Shown: piece after piece, positions 60,561-64,000 of the stretch
Numbering within the stretch: position 1 is the stretch's first letter
How the letters are laid out: the number at the start of each line of letters is the position of its first letter
The notes under the pieces: generated by a model
What the model saw: the letters and a program-made list of their open reading frames with translations, nothing else
Databases searched by the model: none
Told to the model about the DNA's origin: nothing
Made by a program: the position numbers and the translations under genes
NCBI RefSeq assembly: GCF_000981445.1
Contig: NC_027218.1
Span: forward strand, 1,302,001 to 1,366,000
Direction: 5' to 3'
DNA from: Babesia bigemina
Lineage: Eukaryota
Length of the DNA stretch: 64,000 nt

Positions 60561-60740
60561 TGCATAGTATGGCTATTATAAATTTTCTGCTGACGGCACG
60601 CTAGGTAACCAGTGGTGGTACTAGGCTGTTATAGCAGTTTCATAGTTTCTACGGCTATCATGACACTGAGTACCATGCCTTAATACATTTAATCAATACT
60701 GTACCACAAAGTATCACATTACCGCTCATAGCTACAATTA

Positions 60741-61460
60741 CTATTTCGTGTCGACTAGCGAATCATGCTGCTCACCTCCGCAGCTGGGAGTGAGGATGGA
60801 AGAAAGGGTGTCGCCAGTTTGTTGACTACTCGGTAAATCTCTGTCCCTGAATCCCATCCTGACCCTGCTCTTGTGGCACAGGTTGCACGGGTCGAAGAGG
60901 TGAGTGTCGAAGTCGGAGTCCCAGCCGTCGGTCAGGAACGCCTGGAGGGGGGAGTTGGGAGAAATTAGGTCACTACCGTACTTATAATCCTTCCAACCAC
61001 CACTTAGTTTGTCCCTATTACACTGCGACTTCAGGAACTCCAACTGGTGGTGGCAGGCGTACACGTAGTCACGCAGCTGGCAGAGGAGGGCGCAGCAATC
61101 AGGCTCCTCGGATTGGTCAGATGACTTAGGCTTCACAAATCTTGATGACACGTTCGCTTTCCATTTAGGTGCGATGGAACTGAGCACTGAACCTGCAAAC
61201 ATGGCGGTAAGCTGGAGTATGTCAAAGACATCTTTGGGCCTGATTTTGGTGTGGTTGATGAATATTGCAAGTTGTGAAGGTTCATGATGTAAGCCACCAA
61301 ATGCCTTGTTGATACATTGTTTCAGAGTCTCATGATGCTTTTCGTGCTTAAGTCCAGCTATCCACTGAAGCATCTCCCGGACGGTGCGCGGGGCCTCGGC
61401 GGGGAACAGCTCGGTCTCGGGGATATCGGTGGAGTCATGCGCGGGTTTTGAGGTAGCCCA
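60741..61460 (-). pseudogene. Internal ves-family fragment, truncated at both ends
   Basis: FPAEAPRTVREMLQWIAGL, CALLCQLRDYVYACHHQLEFLKSQC, GGW.DY.YG and SPLQAFLTD. No N-terminal region, TM or tail. Confidence 0.75.
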
Positions 61461-61847
61461 GGGAGCAAGGCCTAATTCAATGTCCGGTTGTTTGATAGTC
61501 TTTTGGTCAAAGTCTTCGGTAATTGAATGAGGAGCAGCGTCAAACGGTTCTATGTTGAGATCGATGGCGGAAGTGGGCGGGCTTATTACGTCGAGTGGCT
61601 GGACGCTTGGGTGGTGGATGATCGTATCCCATGTCTATGTCAGACATTAAATAATGTATTAAGTTCTGCATTTAATCAGTCACTAACGCAGCCACTTGGT
61701 CACTCAATATGTCATGTACTAGGTCAGTTGCTTGCTCACCACTTTGGTCAGGTGGTTGATCACCTCACTGCTCATGTGATTTATAATCAATGCAATCATT
61801 ACTTTGTCTAGCACATTAGATGTCAGTCGCCATTCAGGTGATTGTGA

Positions 61848-62291
61848 TTAGCTGCGCAGTAGATACCGCACCCTGTGGAACGGCCGGATGCGGAAGTAGA
61901 TCATGGCGCAGATGACGACGATGATGAGGGCGACGGCGGCGATGATGTAAGGGGCGGGGTTGGAAGCGGTGGTAGACTGTCGACCGGTTTGGTGCTCTAC
62001 AAGGGGGGGAGTGGCGGGACCGGAGGCAGAGACGCCAGTGGAGGAAGTGGAGCGATGCTGGGCATAGCTTACGGAAAAGCGTGCACTTCTACGACAGAAA
62101 CATGGACAGTTGGTGTCACAACCAAGACACCCCGATTCATGGCATTCTTGTATTCCTACGCGTCCAAAGTAGATATCGCGACATTCAGGACAAGATGGAC
62201 AACGTTTGCAAAACACGCGGCAGCATCTACAAATAGGCTTCGTACATTTAATAGTACATTTACACTGCGTCATTGTTCCTCCTCTCGACAT
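61848..62291 (-). CDS. Small Cys-rich single-TM protein (ves-linked), 147 aa
   Basis: CRCCRVFCKRCPSCPEC...YFGRV...CPCFC, an S/T/P stalk, TM YIIAAVALIIVVICAMIYF, and a basic tail. Confidence 0.82.
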   Translation of the reverse strand: MSRGGTMTQCKCTIKCTKPICRCCRVFCKRCPSCPECRDIYFGRVGIQECHESGCLGCDTNCPCFCRRSARFSVSYAQHRSTSSTGVSASGPATPPLVEHQTGRQSTTASNPAPYIIAAVALIIVVICAMIYFRIRPFHRVRYLLRS

Positions 62292-62301
62292 CTTCACCTT
62301 C

Positions 62302-62592
62302 CGCTCCCAGTCTCTCAACCTGCAAACATATCAATCACTCAAGCAGCACTCACCAACTGCAACACTACCACTGCCGCTACCACTCCCCTCAACCTGCGAA
62401 CATGTCAATCACCTATGCAGCACTCACCAACTGCAACACTACCACTGCCGCTACCACTCCCCTCAACCTGCGAACATATCAATCACTTAAGCATACACTC
62501 ACCAACTGCAACACGTACCACTGCCGCTCCCAGTCCCCTCAACCTGCAACCATATCAATCACTTAAGCATACACTCACCAACTGCAACACGA
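62302..62592 (-). repeat. 74-76 bp tandem repeat, about 4 copies (reverse complement of the 33150 repeat)
   Basis: CTCAACCTGC recurs at 62314, 62388, 62462 and 62538. Confidence 0.92.
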
Positions 62593-62689
62593 ACACGCAC
62601 CTCAGCAGCGACACTGACCGTATCACATCGGCGTCACGGTAGTAGCCAGATGAACGCCATCCAAATCACAGCCGATTACATCACTACTA

Positions 62690-63289
62690 TGCAGCTATCA
62701 TAGCTGAATTAGCGCCCAGTCAAGGCATGTGAACGGTATCCTCGCCGTGGCATGCAGGTCAACCAGTGCCAGTGGAGCAGTCATTCTCAATCATCAATGA
62801 CAGTACAAAGTTGCCATTGCCTATGACTGCTTTTACATTTGTGTTATAATATGTACCTCAATGAGTTACACTGCGTTATTAATAAGTTTGTCATTCACCC
62901 TGTTACCACCAATTACACTTAACCATGCCGTACCCGGGCCATCACGTCGCGTAACCACGGCTACATTCATTGCCTAGCAACAAACATGTTAACCATCTCA
63001 CCATACAATCACGTTGCATACGACGCACTTTCAGTTATCACAGCACGCTTCAGCAGCCTACATTGGTGGCTCATCACCCGGCATCACTGCCCACTATAAC
63101 CATGGGAGGGCGTGGGCACATTTCACCCGTAGCTGGCAGCTCTACATCCCAAACCACAAACCTTTAAATGCATGAACTACATTAACTGCCAGTTGATGAG
63201 TAGGCATTAGGTAATATACTTGGGTGAGTATCAGGTTAGGCGGTGGGTTGCTAGGTAGTGGGTTAGGTGAGCGGTGGTGAGGTGGTCTA
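62690..63289 (-). repeat. Conserved ves 3' flank element, copy 3
   Basis: Reverse complement of the 32393-33000 blocks (CCATGGGAGGGCGTGGGCAC, TTAGGCGGTGGGTTGCTAG). Confidence 0.85.
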
Positions 63290-64000
63290 TCAAGGTTGCA
63301 GATAGAATATCTTGGCAAGCCTGCCGACACGTGCGGCGGCAAGTAGTGATTGAGCAGCGATACGATGTGATGATGGTGAGTGCAAATGCGATTTGATGTG
63401 GAGCAGGTCGAGGCGGACGAGGAGGACGTAGAATAGGTAGAGTAGAGACAGTGACCACCAGGTGATGATGAGGTAGGAGAAGGGTTGTCGAATGGTCCAG
63501 AGGAAGTTGGGAATAGTGTCGTGTAATATTTTGGATAATATACTTCGCTCATTAAGCACTATCTGTAGTTGCTGAACTAAATCTTTGCAAGAACGTTTTA
63601 TTATATAATTGTTGTGATTACGACCGGATAATTGGCGTCTTCCGCCAAATACTAATCCGAAGGAATATAATGTTGGAAATGTCATGCTGCAGGAGAGCAT
63701 GGAGTTGCAAAGTTGAGTATGCATTTGACCGATTTCCTGCCCTATTTGTGGTTTGAATGCGAAACAATAGTTCTTATCACATCCGGTGATTCGGCACTTG
63801 GATTCACCGCTACCACAGTTGTTTTCACATTCCTTCAACAATTTATAAAATAGATCATACAATGTCTCTGTTAAATATACCATCCAGGAGAGATACAAGG
63901 CCGCATTACGTTTGCTAAACGTACCACATATCTCATAGCTCAAGGAATCAAGATATGCGCCACATTTGCCGTTACTAACATAACACGCATTGTCTACGGT
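63290..64000 (-). CDS. ves1: VESA1-like gene, 3' end (continues beyond the window)
   Basis: YLSWMVYLTE, PTLYSFGL, TM, and tail RLDLLHIKSHLHSPSSHRIAAQSLLAAARVGRLAKIFYLQP. Confidence 0.9.
   Translation of the reverse strand, partial: TVDNACYVSNGKCGAYLDSLSYEICGTFSKRNAALYLSWMVYLTETLYDLFYKLLKECENNCGSGESKCRITGCDKNYCFAFKPQIGQEIGQMHTQLCNSMLSCSMTFPTLYSFGLVFGGRRQLSGRNHNNYIIKRSCKDLVQQLQIVLNERSILSKILHDTIPNFLWTIRQPFSYLIITWWSLSLLYLFYVLLVRLDLLHIKSHLHSPSSHRIAAQSLLAAARVGRLAKIFYLQP

Noticed and set aside
61875..62642. 255-aa plus-strand ORF and ORFs 33116-33595 and 33457-33867
   Set aside because: They are antisense to Cys-rich genes or run through the tandem repeat, and their composition reflects the opposite strand.
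1..64000. tRNA/rRNA genes and telomeric repeats
   Set aside because: None recognised by eye; a tRNAscan-SE/Infernal run would be needed to exclude small RNAs.

Overview
This is compact, intron-rich eukaryotic DNA from a piroplasm (Babesia sensu stricto). The ves genes look B. bigemina/B. ovata-like; this is an inference from remembered family motifs. Positions 1-24.9 kb and 38.5-47.4 kb hold densely packed housekeeping genes with ~35-45 nt GT-AG introns: an aldo-keto reductase-like protein, a stand-alone lipoyl domain, HscB, a CS-domain protein, apicoplast L12, Tom22, U1-C, an ArfGAP-like protein, an OSCA/TMEM63-like channel, NudC, Rad6/Ubc2, a PPIL4-like RRM protein, an ARF-like GTPase and an MFS transporter. 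Positions 26.6-38.3 kb and 48-64 kb are two variant erythrocyte surface antigen (ves/VESA) islands. The main observation is a repeated cassette. Every ves 3' end that has an intact downstream region (4 cases) is followed 0.75-1.05 kb later, on the same strand, by a small Cys-rich single-TM gene. These genes share a conserved upstream TGCATGC-containing motif and a 5'-UTR micro-intron, which in two copies is tandemly amplified as a 74-77 bp intron+exon repeat. Two paralogous TM microproteins (55 and 72 aa) have an identical 30-aa tail encoded with only synonymous differences. Other points: a head-to-head fusion of two ves 3' remnants, a same-strand CDS overlap (Ubc2/NudC) and several apparent pseudo-enzymes. 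All exon calls and family assignments are by eye; no searches were run.
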